The notes beneath the pieces were generated by a model, which saw only the letters and a program-made list of their open reading frames with translations, did no database searches and had not been told where the DNA came from. The translations under genes and the position numbers were made by a program. Below, piece after piece: positions 1-9,331 of a DNA stretch of 64,000 bases; position 1 is the stretch's first letter, and each line of letters starts with the position of its first letter. Origin of the DNA: a virus; IMG/VR virus record IMGVR_UViG_3300017971_000250, positions 20,920 through 84,919 of that record; one strand, given 5' to 3'.

Positions 1-3000
1 AGATAATCGCGCCCCGGCTCTCACGGCAGATCGATGCCACTATCGGATGCGTCCCCTTTGCCGCCCGGACGCCGATTCGTTTTCGCTTCCGATAGGTGTC
101 CGAAAGACCGCTGTGCGACACGCCGGGTCGCCCGAGCGCGTTCAGGATAGCGACCTCCTCGAAGCTCTCGAACTTGAGCCCCTCGCAGAGCCGGTGCGCG
201 AGCGGAGTGTCTAGCTGAAAAATCCCCGCGAGGTTGCGCCGCGTGAACCCCACCAGCACCTTCGGATCGTTCAGACTGATCGCAGTCAGGTCGGGCGCTC
301 GCTTGCCTCGCCGCTCGATCGCCTCCAGGGCGTCACGGATCACCTTCAGGTTGTGGAGCCCGAGGATGTCCAGCTTGACGAGCCCGAGCGCCTCGACGCC
401 GTGCATATCGAGCGCCGTGACCGGGACGCGCTCGCCGTTGCTCTCGCGCGACTCCAGGGGGCAAACGTCGACGATCGGCTCGGGGGAGATCACGACGCCC
501 GCAGGATGAACCGTGAGCGCCTTCGTCGAACCCTCCAGCTTCAGCGCCGTCTCGACGACGGGCGGATACTTCTGTGCGAACTTCCTGCAAGCCGCCTCAT
601 TCTCAAACGGCCCCTTGAGCCCGCCCTCGTCTATCTCGGTCTGCGTGATGTACTTCTCCGGGATGAGCGGGATCAATTCCTCGATCTCCCGAATCGGAAC
701 CTGGAAAACGCGCCCGACGTCTTTCAGGCACTGCCGCCCGCGCATCGTCGAGCGCGCCGAGATGCGAGCGAAGTGATCGGCCCCGTAGACCGCCTGCAGA
801 TGCGCCAGCACCTCGTCGCGCTGGTCGCTGGCAAAATCACAGTCGATGTCCGGCAGATCGCTGTTTGAAACAAGAATGCCACCAGCGAAGTATTCATGCT
901 GGCCCTCTACCGAGAGGTCATAGACGGGACCGGAGAGAACGATTCGTCTGATGCTCGTGATCGTCGCTCGCGCCAGCGAGCCCATCGCAGCTTGTTCGCG
1001 CAACTCAGCGAGCAACATTCCTGACTCCTGGTCACGGGGGCGCGGAACATCGCTCCACACCACACACATGCACGATCGATCATCTTGAACCCGGCATATT
1101 TGATGCGTCTGGACGTTTCCACAAGGACATCCGTCAATCCCGCCCCCCTGATACTCCTGACAAAATCGTCCTGATAGAGCACCCGTAGGCGATCGCCAAG
1201 AAGCCGCTTCGCCAAGATCAGCTTGCGTCCATCCTGACCACGCCATCCCTTCAATTCGTAGAAGAGATCCTCCTGTGGGAGATAGAAGTCGGGGCAATAC
1301 GTCGTCCCGTCTGCCAACCGAAACCGCTCCGCCTCGTATCGGTAGTCCATGCCCATCCGGCGCAACAAACGCGCGAAGTCCGCCTCCAGCCCTGAACGCA
1401 CGAAATGGCCCAGGTCGGGACGGTATCCGGCCCGCCCCCGCGAATGCGTTCTTGTTCCTTGCAAAGCCCGCCCACACTTCCGGGAGCACGCCTTCTGCCG
1501 CTTCCCGCCCTTGAATTCCATTCCACAAACACAACACTGTCGATGGTGACTCCGAACAACCGCAAGGTAACGACATCGCTCGCTGCAATAGATTTGATTC
1601 CCAGTCCTGCGACGAAATACTCGGTCGCACCAAGGACATTCCGTTTCGCTCCCCACCTTCACCCACACGGGAGGACGGCTGCGTTTCGCCGGAGGAATCA
1701 TCATCGAACGGGTATGGCATCTCCGACTGCAATACTTTCTCTTCTGCGACGGATAGGCCCTGATTGCCATCCCGCAAACAGGACAGTAGCTCGTCACCAA
1801 CTTCGAGCTTACAGGCCGCCGCCTTCTCGTACCCTTCTTTGCGCCTGCCTCGCCTGAAGATTCTGTGCCCATAAGTACAGCGTACTAGAAAAGGCTTTCC
1901 GTCGCTAGTCGTTCCTTCGATTTTCACCCCCGGCTCTTTGCCCCACCGCGCATGGCGTGCCAGAACCCGCCGCAAGCCCATCCGCGTCCAAACCATCATC
2001 CCCGGCCGGACGTCATGGATCGGAAGTGCCCCCACAGAAGTCGACACCAGCGTCTCCCCGGGAAAACACCGCCCGGGAGCGAGGAAGCGCTCGAACATGA
2101 GCCCGTGCCGGATCGGATCGATCTGCGTGATCCCGAGCAGGTAGGCGACCAGGCTGCCACCAACCGAACCGCGCCCCGGCCCGACCATGATCCCTTCCTG
2201 CTTCGCCCAGTCGTAAAGCTCTTTGACCGCGAGGAAGTAGTCGACGACGCCACGCTCTTCGATTGTCGCTAGCTCGTGATTGAGACGGGTCTCGTATTTG
2301 TCGTCCGCCCCATGAAGCAATCCACCGTTCGAGAGATACGCCAGCGCCAACAGGCAGCTTTCCTGTAGATAATCGGCGTGCGTATGGCCGACCAAGACCT
2401 TGATCGGCGGCACGACGGGATCCCGGCGCGGTAGCTCGCTCAGCGCCGCGCACCGTTCGGAGACCTCCCTCGTGCGCAGGACAGCCCCGTCCGTAAAGGT
2501 CGCCCGCAGCCGGGGATGATTCGCCCTGAACGCCCGGACCATTTCGTCCTGGCTTCGCAGATGATACTCGCGCGTCTTGAGCCGGAACCTGGTCGGGCTC
2601 AGTAGGACGCCATGGGTATGAATCGCAAGCAGCGCTTCCTGGTAACGCCAGTCGTCCGCGTCAGGATAATGCGCGTCCTGTGTGGCGACCGCAGGAATGC
2701 CGAGCGCCTCGCCGATCTCGTAGAGCGCCTCGTTGGCGACCCGTAACTCGTCCAGGTCGTGCGGCATGATTTCCAGATAGAAGCGGTCGCCGAGCCGCTC
2801 CTGGAATTCCTCCGCGAGCGCGATCGCGTCCGAAGTCCGTCCCTGGTTCACCGCCAGCGAAACCGGCCCGACCATGCAACCGCTCAGAACGATCAGGCCC
2901 TCGGAGTGTTTCCAGAACGTCGGCAGGTCCACGCACGGCCGCCAGTGAAATCCCTCCAGCCAGGCGATCGAAGTTAGCCGGTAGAGATTGCGGAGCCCGG

Positions 3001-3355
3001 TTTCGTTCATGGCCAGGAGCGTCAGGTGCTGTCTGGTGAGTCCGCGCCGCTCCTCTTCAGCCTTCAGGATTTCGCGCCGCCTCCGGTACGGGGTCCCTTT
3101 GGTGATCTCTTTGATCTCTTCCTTCGAGAACCCGCGCCACGCCATGTCCTCGATCACATAAAGCTCGACGCCGAAGATCGGCCGGATGCCGAGACGCTGC
3201 GCCGCCTTGTCGAAGTCGTGAATCCCGCGCAGCGTGCCGTGCTCCGTAGTCGCGATCGCGTCGTGACGCATTTCGAGCGCCCGCTTGATGAACGCGGCAG
3301 GCTTCCTGAAACCGTCGAATCCCGTGTGATCGGTGTGAACGTGAAGATGAATCAT
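1..3355 (-). CDS. dnaE: DNA polymerase III alpha subunit (phage DnaE), intein-containing, 3' end beyond window
   Basis: Manual translation from ATG 3355. PHP motifs MIHLHVHTDH, TTEHG, GVELY, HLTLLA, LSGC and TQDAHY, then GPGRGSVGGSLVAYLLGITQIDP, FERFL, DLPDIDCDF, HPAGVVI, GLVKLDILGL and GIFQL. Absent from the ORF track because the frame has no stop inside the window. Confidence 0.97.
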   Translation of the reverse strand, partial: MIHLHVHTDHTGFDGFRKPAAFIKRALEMRHDAIATTEHGTLRGIHDFDKAAQRLGIRPIFGVELYVIEDMAWRGFSKEEIKEITKGTPYRRRREILKAEEERRGLTRQHLTLLAMNETGLRNLYRLTSIAWLEGFHWRPCVDLPTFWKHSEGLIVLSGCMVGPVSLAVNQGRTSDAIALAEEFQERLGDRFYLEIMPHDLDELRVANEALYEIGEALGIPAVATQDAHYPDADDWRYQEALLAIHTHGVLLSPTRFRLKTREYHLRSQDEMVRAFRANHPRLRATFTDGAVLRTREVSERCAALSELPRRDPVVPPIKVLVGHTHADYLQESCLLALAYLSNGGLLHGADDKYETRLNHELATIEERGVVDYFLAVKELYDWAKQEGIMVGPGRGSVGGSLVAYLLGITQIDPIRHGLMFERFLAPGRCFPGETLVSTSVGALPIHDVRPGMMVWTRMGLRRVLARHARWGKEPGVKIEGTTSDGKPFLVRCTYGHRIFRRGRRKEGYEKAAACKLEVGDELLSCLRDGNQGLSVAEEKVLQSEMPYPFDDDSSGETQPSSRVGEGGERNGMSLVRPSISSQDWESNLLQRAMSLPCGCSESPSTVLCLWNGIQGREAAEGVLPEVWAGFARNKNAFAGAGRIPSRPGPFRAFRAGGGLRAFVAPDGHGLPIRGGAVSVGRRDDVLPRLLSPTGGSLLRIEGMAWSGWTQADLGEAASWRSPTGALSGRFCQEYQGGGIDGCPCGNVQTHQICRVQDDRSCMCVVWSDVPRPRDQESGMLLAELREQAAMGSLARATITSIRRIVLSGPVYDLSVEGQHEYFAGGILVSNSDLPDIDCDFASDQRDEVLAHLQAVYGADHFARISARSTMRGRQCLKDVGRVFQVPIREIEELIPLIPEKYITQTEIDEGGLKGPFENEAACRKFAQKYPPVVETALKLEGSTKALTVHPAGVVISPEPIVDVCPLESRESNGERVPVTALDMHGVEALGLVKLDILGLHNLKVIRDALEAIERRGKRAPDLTAISLNDPKVLVGFTRRNLAGIFQLDTPLAHRLCEGLKFESFEEVAILNALGRPGVSHSGLSDTYRKRKRIGVRAAKGTHPIVASICRESRGAII
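863..2068 (-). mobile_element. Intein in DnaE (402 codons), lacking an in-frame endonuclease
   Basis: Junctions FLAPGR|CFPGETLVST and GGILVSN|SDLPDID. Block B TYGH, KLEVGDELL, block F VYDLSVEGQHEYFAGG. Removal restores FERFLAPGR-SDLPDID, next to the catalytic aspartates. Confidence 0.93.
907..1872 (-). CDS. Zn-finger plus PD-(D/E)xK endonuclease, putative homing endonuclease nested in the +1 frame of the intein
   Basis: Four CxxC...CSxxC repeats plus the core FVRSGLEADFARLL...YRYE...YCPDFYLP...FYELKGW. The exact start codon is uncertain. Confidence 0.85.
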   Translation of the reverse strand: MGTESSGEAGAKKGTRRRRPVSSKLVTSYCPVCGMAIRAYPSQKRKYCSRRCHTRSMMIPPAKRSRPPVWVKVGSETECPWCDRVFRRRTGNQIYCSERCRYLAVVRSHHRQCCVCGMEFKGGKRQKACSRKCGRALQGTRTHSRGRAGYRPDLGHFVRSGLEADFARLLRRMGMDYRYEAERFRLADGTTYCPDFYLPQEDLFYELKGWRGQDGRKLILAKRLLGDRLRVLYQDDFVRSIRGAGLTDVLVETSRRIKYAGFKMIDRACVWCGAMFRAPVTRSQECCSLSCANKLRWARWRERRSRASDESFSPVPSMTSR

Positions 3356-3879
3356 GGCGTCTGTGTTCCTATGTGACCGAGAGGCACCACGCGCATCTTG
3401 AGCTTGCCGCTCGGAGATCGCGGGGCGGTGTGGTTCAACCACGCCTCGACGATATCGCGTAGCTCGGCGGGAAAGGTCTCGGTCAGCATCCACTCCAGAT
3501 AGCCGCGCCCTTCCTGTGGATCACTCGCTAGCTCTGAAACGCTGTGCCCCGCATGGCGACCGAATTGGAGAATCGCATCAGTCGGCACACCCCCGAGCGT
3601 CGACGGCACAATCGCATAGTTTGCCCGGGGACGCTGCTTCCCGCGCGATCCGGGAACCTTACTCTCTCTCATCGCTGAAAGGTCCACGGCGCGATTCGGT
3701 GTCTTCACAACCCGGTCACCTTCCTGCCCGCCCATCCCCTCGATCAGATCCTTGAGTTGGGCTTCCGAATCCTTCTCGTCCGCCGTTGCTCCTGGAACCG
3801 CGTCGTCGCCGCCTTCGTCCTTCTTCTTGGGGAGGAACTTGCGGCGCATCTCGTCGAGTGATTTGCCTTCAGCGCTCAT
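3352..3879 (-). CDS. Hypothetical protein with C-terminal ExoX-C/DUF3820-like motif
   Basis: Start reassigned to ATG 3879 (MSAEGKSLDEMRRKFLPK), just after the upstream stop. Motif LQFGRHAGHSVSEL...GYLEWM. Stop overlaps the dnaE ATG. Confidence 0.65.
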   Translation of the reverse strand: MSAEGKSLDEMRRKFLPKKKDEGGDDAVPGATADEKDSEAQLKDLIEGMGGQEGDRVVKTPNRAVDLSAMRESKVPGSRGKQRPRANYAIVPSTLGGVPTDAILQFGRHAGHSVSELASDPQEGRGYLEWMLTETFPAELRDIVEAWLNHTAPRSPSGKLKMRVVPLGHIGTQTP

Positions 3880-3880
3880 C

Positions 3881-4705
3881 TCACCAAGCCCTCCTGATTG
3901 CTTTCCCGACGCCCGCGAGCCACTTCCACTGCTTGACCGTTGCGACGTCCAATTCCGATGCCGGGGGCGGGGCCTCGGATGGGAGTCCTTTGATCTTGGC
4001 GGCATCGACCTTGAGCGGGGGGAGGTTATTGAAGGCACCAGCGTGCAGCGCGCCCTGAAGTGCGCGGGCGGCCTTTCCCCGTAAATGCTTCTCAAAACTA
4101 TCCTTCTCTCCCTGCGCGACCCATCGGTCCTCGATCGCCTTCTCCGCCAGCATCGCAGACGCGACGCCGATCAGGTATTCGAAGAGGCCCTCCAACGTAC
4201 CGGCCGCCGCCCCCACGAGCGAAGACTCGTCGATCTTGATGAAGCCCGCGAGGTCCGGCTTGCCGCGTCCGCTGAGCCCAAACCGAAACGAATAACAATC
4301 CTCCATCGGGATCCGCTCGACCTGGACCGTCATGTTCATCGCGTGGCCGGGACCGCCGTCCCATTGATTCCTCGTCTTCGGGAACATCCCCTCGACTGAC
4401 GTGCCGATCTGGCCCGCCGCACTGGCGACCGCCTTGATCGCTTCGGCAGCCTGCTGGACCGTCGCTCCCGACTGAGCAGCCAACTGTGCCGCTTGCCGCA
4501 CACGCTCTTCTAGCTTCTGCCGCTTCCTCTCCTCCGCGCGCGCCGAACGTAGCTCTCTCGCCTTCGCGCGTTCCTCGCGCAGCTTGCGGCCCTGCTCCTC
4601 GCGCACCTTGCGCGCGGCTTCCTCGGCGACCTTCTCGGCAGCGATCTCCTCCTCCGTCTTCGGGAGGAACTGTCGCCGCATTTCCTCGATCGTCTTTCCC
4701 ATCAC
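3881..4705 (-). CDS. Hypothetical protein, N-terminal coiled coil
   Basis: 274-aa ORF coupled to both neighbours; charged helical N-terminus. Confidence 0.7.
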   Translation of the reverse strand: MMGKTIEEMRRQFLPKTEEEIAAEKVAEEAARKVREEQGRKLREERAKARELRSARAEERKRQKLEERVRQAAQLAAQSGATVQQAAEAIKAVASAAGQIGTSVEGMFPKTRNQWDGGPGHAMNMTVQVERIPMEDCYSFRFGLSGRGKPDLAGFIKIDESSLVGAAAGTLEGLFEYLIGVASAMLAEKAIEDRWVAQGEKDSFEKHLRGKAARALQGALHAGAFNNLPPLKVDAAKIKGLPSEAPPPASELDVATVKQWKWLAGVGKAIRRAW

Positions 4706-6120
4706 TCCTCGGGGAGACCGATATGCAAGTCGAGCGCCGCGCCCGCGATCCGCTCCGTGACAAACTTGACCGCGTCGCGGTCGACCATCTGGAGGATGCT
4801 TCTGAACGCGCCGTGCTTGCGGGGCTTCACGAACTGCTCCAGCTTGCCCTTGTAGACCACGTGGTCAGGACCGAAGGGCAACTGGACGTGTATCGCTCCC
4901 AGGTTCCGCTTCGGCCAGAGCCGGATGAACGAGACCTCTTTCCCGTCGACGACGCGGTAGCCGGTCAAGAACCCGCCCTTCTCCGCTACCGTCAGGAAGC
5001 ACTCGCCCTCGTTCGGCTGATCGGGATCGTCGGCGGGGAGAATCCCTAGCTCCTCCAGCAGCGCGACCCAAAAGTCCTCGGCTAGCGTCTGGACCTCCTC
5101 GGCCGTGATCTGCGTCTTCGGCGGGGGAGGAGGCTCGCGCTTGGCCTTGAGAGCCGTTTTCGCGGGCTCTCCCGGCCCCGGGACCGCCTTCCGGTCCAAC
5201 CGGCCGCCCGGCTTCCCCTTCACCGGCCTCGGGGGCTCCTGCGGCTTCGCCGGTTCCCCGGCCCCCGGAGGCCCCTCCACCATGCCCGCAGGCGCGTGCG
5301 CCTCGGCCCCCTTCCCGGCCGACGCCTTCAGGCTCGGCGGGGGCTCGTAGGGACCGAACCGATCCAGTAGCTCCCCGGTCAGCTTCACGATCGCCGCGTG
5401 GTCGAGCGGGGTGCCGTCGGGCTTGCTCGTCGCCTCCTCGATCGGCTTCCCCTGCGTCCGGCAGAAATCCTGGAGCGCCATGCAGCGCTCGCGCCAGGTG
5501 CAAGGCGGATCCAGCTTCCCGCGCTTCGGATCATAGGAGCCGTCACAGACCCGCTCCTCGACGTGATACCCGACGCACCCAGGATGCGCAGGCTGCGCCT
5601 TTACCTTCGGCTTCGGAGCCGTAACCGACTTCGCACCCGGGGTGCCCGGCCCGGGGACGCCTTCCTCTTCGACCGGCTCCTCCTCGACGATGTCGTCGTC
5701 ATAGTCGTCGGCTTCGATTTCCTCCAGGTCGTCCTCCTCCATCGCCTCGACCGCCTCTTCGAATTTCATCAGGTCGGGATCGTCGTGCTCGCCGCGTTCG
5801 GCAGCCGCCGTCGCCGCGAGCTTCCTGTACCACGCGACCGCGTCGCTGAGGCTGCCAGAATCGGCACCACTGATTTCGCCCGTATCGATGTCGAGATCCC
5901 CGACCGCAACGACCGTCGCGTGCTGCCCGGCCTTCTTGTTCGACAGAAACAGGACGTGCCCCCACGGATACATTTCGATCTTGCGCGTCCAATCTTCGGT
6001 CTCAAAGCTCGCCATGGGCTCCTGCGCGAAGCCGTCAACCGGACGCGGATCCAGCTTGTGCTGCCGCATCACCTTCGAGACGAATGCCGTGTCCCAAAAC
6101 TTCCCACTGACTTCAATCAT
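4702..6120 (-). CDS. Hypothetical protein (acidic tract, Cys cluster, Pro/Lys-rich linker)
   Basis: 472-aa ORF with RBS GGAGGAACCG-ATG. Confidence 0.75.
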   Translation of the reverse strand: MIEVSGKFWDTAFVSKVMRQHKLDPRPVDGFAQEPMASFETEDWTRKIEMYPWGHVLFLSNKKAGQHATVVAVGDLDIDTGEISGADSGSLSDAVAWYRKLAATAAAERGEHDDPDLMKFEEAVEAMEEDDLEEIEADDYDDDIVEEEPVEEEGVPGPGTPGAKSVTAPKPKVKAQPAHPGCVGYHVEERVCDGSYDPKRGKLDPPCTWRERCMALQDFCRTQGKPIEEATSKPDGTPLDHAAIVKLTGELLDRFGPYEPPPSLKASAGKGAEAHAPAGMVEGPPGAGEPAKPQEPPRPVKGKPGGRLDRKAVPGPGEPAKTALKAKREPPPPPKTQITAEEVQTLAEDFWVALLEELGILPADDPDQPNEGECFLTVAEKGGFLTGYRVVDGKEVSFIRLWPKRNLGAIHVQLPFGPDHVVYKGKLEQFVKPRKHGAFRSILQMVDRDAVKFVTERIAGAALDLHIGLPEE

Positions 6121-6745
6121 CGGTTCCTCCTGACGTCCTGACGTCCAACGTCACCGCCGCGAGCCCTCGACTACGCGATAAACTGCGGCGGACCTGATCG
6201 ATCGTGAGCCCGGTGAAGAGCGCGATTGCCTCCCTGCTCACCCGCCTGCGGACCCGCGCGAGTAGGTTCCGATCCAAGACTACCAGCTCGGGCGGCGGGG
6301 CGATGCGTAGATACAACACGCCACGGTCGCATGGCGATAGCTCCTTCCAGAAGCCCCGCTGCCGCTCGCGCCACTGAATGAAGTCACTCCATGCCCACGC
6401 ACGCGGTTGGCGCGGGGCCGCTATCGGTAGCTGCAGCCCGTTCAGGCTGACCAGTCGTCTGCGCTCGTTGCGCACCGCGACCACACGATCCCGGAGGTAG
6501 CAACGAACCATCGCCGCTATCAGACCATCGATGGTTTTGACGTTCGGCCTGTTGCGGTATTCCTGGATCGCGTAGAGCGCCAGCATAGCTCCCTCGCTCT
6601 CCATGTCGCTCCGCTCCAGATACGGGTCGTCACCGTAGCGCCGCACCTGGCTCCGAACGATCCGCAACCATCGCTCCGGTGCCTCTTCAAAGATCCGCAC
6701 CGCGTCGGGTTTCGGGGTCCAGCCCTCCGGGATCGCGCGTCGCAT
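6113..6745 (-). CDS. Sigma-70-like phage transcription factor
   Basis: Region-2-like DMESEGAMLALYAIQEY and region-4-like ELSPCDRGVLYLR...SREAIALFTGLTIDQVRRSLSR helix-turn-helix. Confidence 0.6.
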   Translation of the reverse strand: MRRAIPEGWTPKPDAVRIFEEAPERWLRIVRSQVRRYGDDPYLERSDMESEGAMLALYAIQEYRNRPNVKTIDGLIAAMVRCYLRDRVVAVRNERRRLVSLNGLQLPIAAPRQPRAWAWSDFIQWRERQRGFWKELSPCDRGVLYLRIAPPPELVVLDRNLLARVRRRVSREAIALFTGLTIDQVRRSLSRSRGLAAVTLDVRTSGGTDD

Positions 6746-6747
6746 TT

Positions 6748-7236
6748 CTATCCCTCCTGCTCGTCGTCCAGGACCTCGTCCTCACCGACAGGCTTCAGGA
6801 CCCGCGCCGACACTTCGACGTCCGGGGAGTCGTCGCCGCTCTCGATGAGCACCTTCGCCCATCCGTTCGCCGCTCGCTCGCCGCTGGACCAGGTGATGAA
6901 CTTCGCGGGGATGTCCTCGCCTTGGTAACGGACCGTCACCGTGTCGCCGAGGCTGAACTCGTCCTCGTTGCAGGAGGCCCACTTCGAGGTTCGCTCGGCA
7001 TCCTCGAAAAGGCCGCCCGCGTTCAGGCCCGCGCGCGCCAGCTTGACCGCCGCCTGAAAGACAATCCGCGTCCGGGGCGGGATGCCCTCACCGTCGGTGC
7101 CCTTCACGAAGACATCGCCGATCCGCTTGCCGAGCGCGATCACCGCGTCGTTCTTCTTGAGCACGTCCAACTCCTGCTTCCGCTCGGCCGCCCGCTTGCG
7201 GTCCGCCAGCTTCTGCTCGTCGGTTCTCGTTGCCAT
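6748..7236 (-). CDS. Hypothetical protein
   Basis: 162-aa ORF with GGAG RBS, in operon context. Confidence 0.7.
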   Translation of the reverse strand: MATRTDEQKLADRKRAAERKQELDVLKKNDAVIALGKRIGDVFVKGTDGEGIPPRTRIVFQAAVKLARAGLNAGGLFEDAERTSKWASCNEDEFSLGDTVTVRYQGEDIPAKFITWSSGERAANGWAKVLIESGDDSPDVEVSARVLKPVGEDEVLDDEQEG

Positions 7237-7273
7237 CTCTCACTCCTCCATCGGGCTCTCGCCCGTTCAGGGT

Positions 7274-9331
7274 TTAGGTCGTCCGCCGTTCGGGCTTGCG
7301 CCCGTCCCTGCGGTCGACCAGCAACCGGCTCAGCACCCTCATTAGTGCGGCCGGAAACGTCGCCAGGTTATCGACCTGGAACCAGGTCGGGTAGTAGTGG
7401 CGCGGCGCGTCCGTCTGGATCCCCGCGCCGATGCACTCGATGCCCGCCTTGCCCGCGCGCTTGACGATCTCGCGTAGGTGGTCGCCGAGAATCTGCTGCG
7501 AGTCCCAACCCGATGGCTCGTAGGGCTGGCCGTCGCAGAAGGTGATCAGGATCTTACGTTCCTCGGGGCGGGTCGCTAGCTGGCGTGCCGCGAAAAGCAC
7601 CGCCTCGTCCTCCGGGGTGCAGCCGTCCGCCGTGATCCCCATCATCTTCAGGCGGGTCTCTTTGCCGTAGCGCTCCTCCCAGTCCTTGTAGATCCGGATG
7701 CGGACCCGGTTGAACCGGGTGTAAGGCCCCTCGACGCGGATCCCGCTGCACTCCGAGTCGTAGCCGCAAACCATGAAGCTCGCGCCGTTGACCTTCGAAA
7801 GGCACTCGCTCATCGCCAGCGCCGCCGCCCGCGCGTAGGTGGTTCTGTTGTTGCTCTGCATACTGTCCGACTCGTCGATCACGATCGCGACCGCCGCGCC
7901 GAGCTTCTCACCGGGCTCGCGCTCGGCGAAAACCCTGCGGTTGCCGAGCCGCACGCTGTAGAGGGTCGAGGCGTCAACCGAACCGCGCTCCTTGCCGCCG
8001 CGCCAGGTCGCCGCCGCGCGCGTCCGCAGGACCGCGAGGATCTTCTGCTTCAGTGTCGTGGCTGGTCCGTGGACCTCCTTGGCCACGCTGTTCAGGATCT
8101 TCTGGCGCTGGTCACGGTCGCTATCCTTGACCCGCTCGCGGATCACCCGGTCCATCGCCTGCGCCTGGGGATGCGGCAGGTAGCGGCGGTTCCCCTGCGC
8201 GTCCAGCGCCGCCGCCGCTTCGATCTGCTTGCGGACCTCGTCCTTCACGTCCAGCGTCTCGGGGAGGCCCTCGTTCAGCTTCCGGGCGAAATCGTCGCGC
8301 TCTGGATTCGGCTGGCTCTGCTGGCCGCCCTCGTTGCCCTCACCGCCGCCCGGCTTGTTTTCGTCACCGCTGCTCGGCTTGCGTCCCTTCCCGGGCTTGC
8401 CTCCGCCCGGGGTGCCCGGCTCGCTGCTCTCTTCGCCGCTGCCCTCGCCGCCGTCACCGTCGCCGCTCTCATCACCCTGGTCGTCGCCGTCCGTCCCGTC
8501 GCCCTCGCCCGCATCGCCATCCTCATCACCCTCGTCGCCGCCCTTGCTCTTTCCGCCCTGGCCGCTGCCCGGGGTGCCCGCGCCCTGGTCGTCGCCCTCT
8601 TCACCGCCGTCGCCCTGGTCCATCGGCTGCGGCGGCGGGGGGATCAGGTTCTTGATCCGCTCAACGGTCTCGCGCGCCAGCTTCAGCGCGTCGTCGACGC
8701 TGGTCTGGTGCTTCGCCCGCTCGATCAGGTCGGTCAGCATATCGGCTACCGCCCGCGCGCCCGGGGAAAGGTAGCTGTCGTCCGCACCCTGCGCCCGGTC
8801 GATAATCGCGCAGCCGATCTCCCACCAGGGGTCGGGGGTTTCACCGGCCGCGATCTTCTGGCCGTTGCGCTTGCGCATGAAGGAACCGAGGCGGGAAAGG
8901 TTCTCCGCGACCCCAGGGTAGTCAGCGCGACCGCCCGCCTCGATCCGAATGTCCTCGTAGGCGTTCAGCAGCATCGTCTCTTTGGCGATGGTCAGGATCA
9001 GGTTCTGGTCCGGCTTCGGGCTCCGAAGCTCCCGCTCCATCCGTCCCTGCTGCGCCTTCATAACGCTCATCGGCGAGGTGTAGCGCAGGCCCGCCCGCGT
9101 CGCCTCCTTCGCCCGGGCCTCCTCACGAACGTGCAGCCACTCGTGATCGATCATCCCCTCCAGCAGCCGCTGGTCGGCGTCCCGAAGGTAGTCGGCGTTT
9201 GCCGGGATCGCGATCACGTTGCCGTCCGTCGCGCAACCCGCGCCCGTCAGGACAACCCTCACGTCGCGCTGCTGTGAGAACACCCTGGCAATTTTCTCAA
9301 AATACGATTCCAACCGTGCCGCCGTCTTCAT
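7274..9331 (-). CDS. CobT-like vWA protein with N-terminal HExxH metallopeptidase-like domain
   Basis: IDHEWLH and NAYEDIRIE, a long Gly/Asp/Glu linker, then MIDAS motifs IDESDSM, GCTP and ITFCDGQP. Confidence 0.88.
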   Translation of the reverse strand: MKTAARLESYFEKIARVFSQQRDVRVVLTGAGCATDGNVIAIPANADYLRDADQRLLEGMIDHEWLHVREEARAKEATRAGLRYTSPMSVMKAQQGRMERELRSPKPDQNLILTIAKETMLLNAYEDIRIEAGGRADYPGVAENLSRLGSFMRKRNGQKIAAGETPDPWWEIGCAIIDRAQGADDSYLSPGARAVADMLTDLIERAKHQTSVDDALKLARETVERIKNLIPPPPQPMDQGDGGEEGDDQGAGTPGSGQGGKSKGGDEGDEDGDAGEGDGTDGDDQGDESGDGDGGEGSGEESSEPGTPGGGKPGKGRKPSSGDENKPGGGEGNEGGQQSQPNPERDDFARKLNEGLPETLDVKDEVRKQIEAAAALDAQGNRRYLPHPQAQAMDRVIRERVKDSDRDQRQKILNSVAKEVHGPATTLKQKILAVLRTRAAATWRGGKERGSVDASTLYSVRLGNRRVFAEREPGEKLGAAVAIVIDESDSMQSNNRTTYARAAALAMSECLSKVNGASFMVCGYDSECSGIRVEGPYTRFNRVRIRIYKDWEERYGKETRLKMMGITADGCTPEDEAVLFAARQLATRPEERKILITFCDGQPYEPSGWDSQQILGDHLREIVKRAGKAGIECIGAGIQTDAPRHYYPTWFQVDNLATFPAALMRVLSRLLVDRRDGRKPERRTT

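Noticed and set aside
1-3355. dnaE as a pseudogene, or interrupted by a stop or an intron (it is missing from the ORF track)
   Set aside because: The frame is open from 3355 to the window edge and both intein junctions are in the same frame. It is unlisted only because its stop lies outside the window.
8069-9277. 402-aa plus-strand ORF (similarly 58583-59719 and 46240-47580)
   Set aside because: Antisense to well-supported genes, with shadow-type composition.
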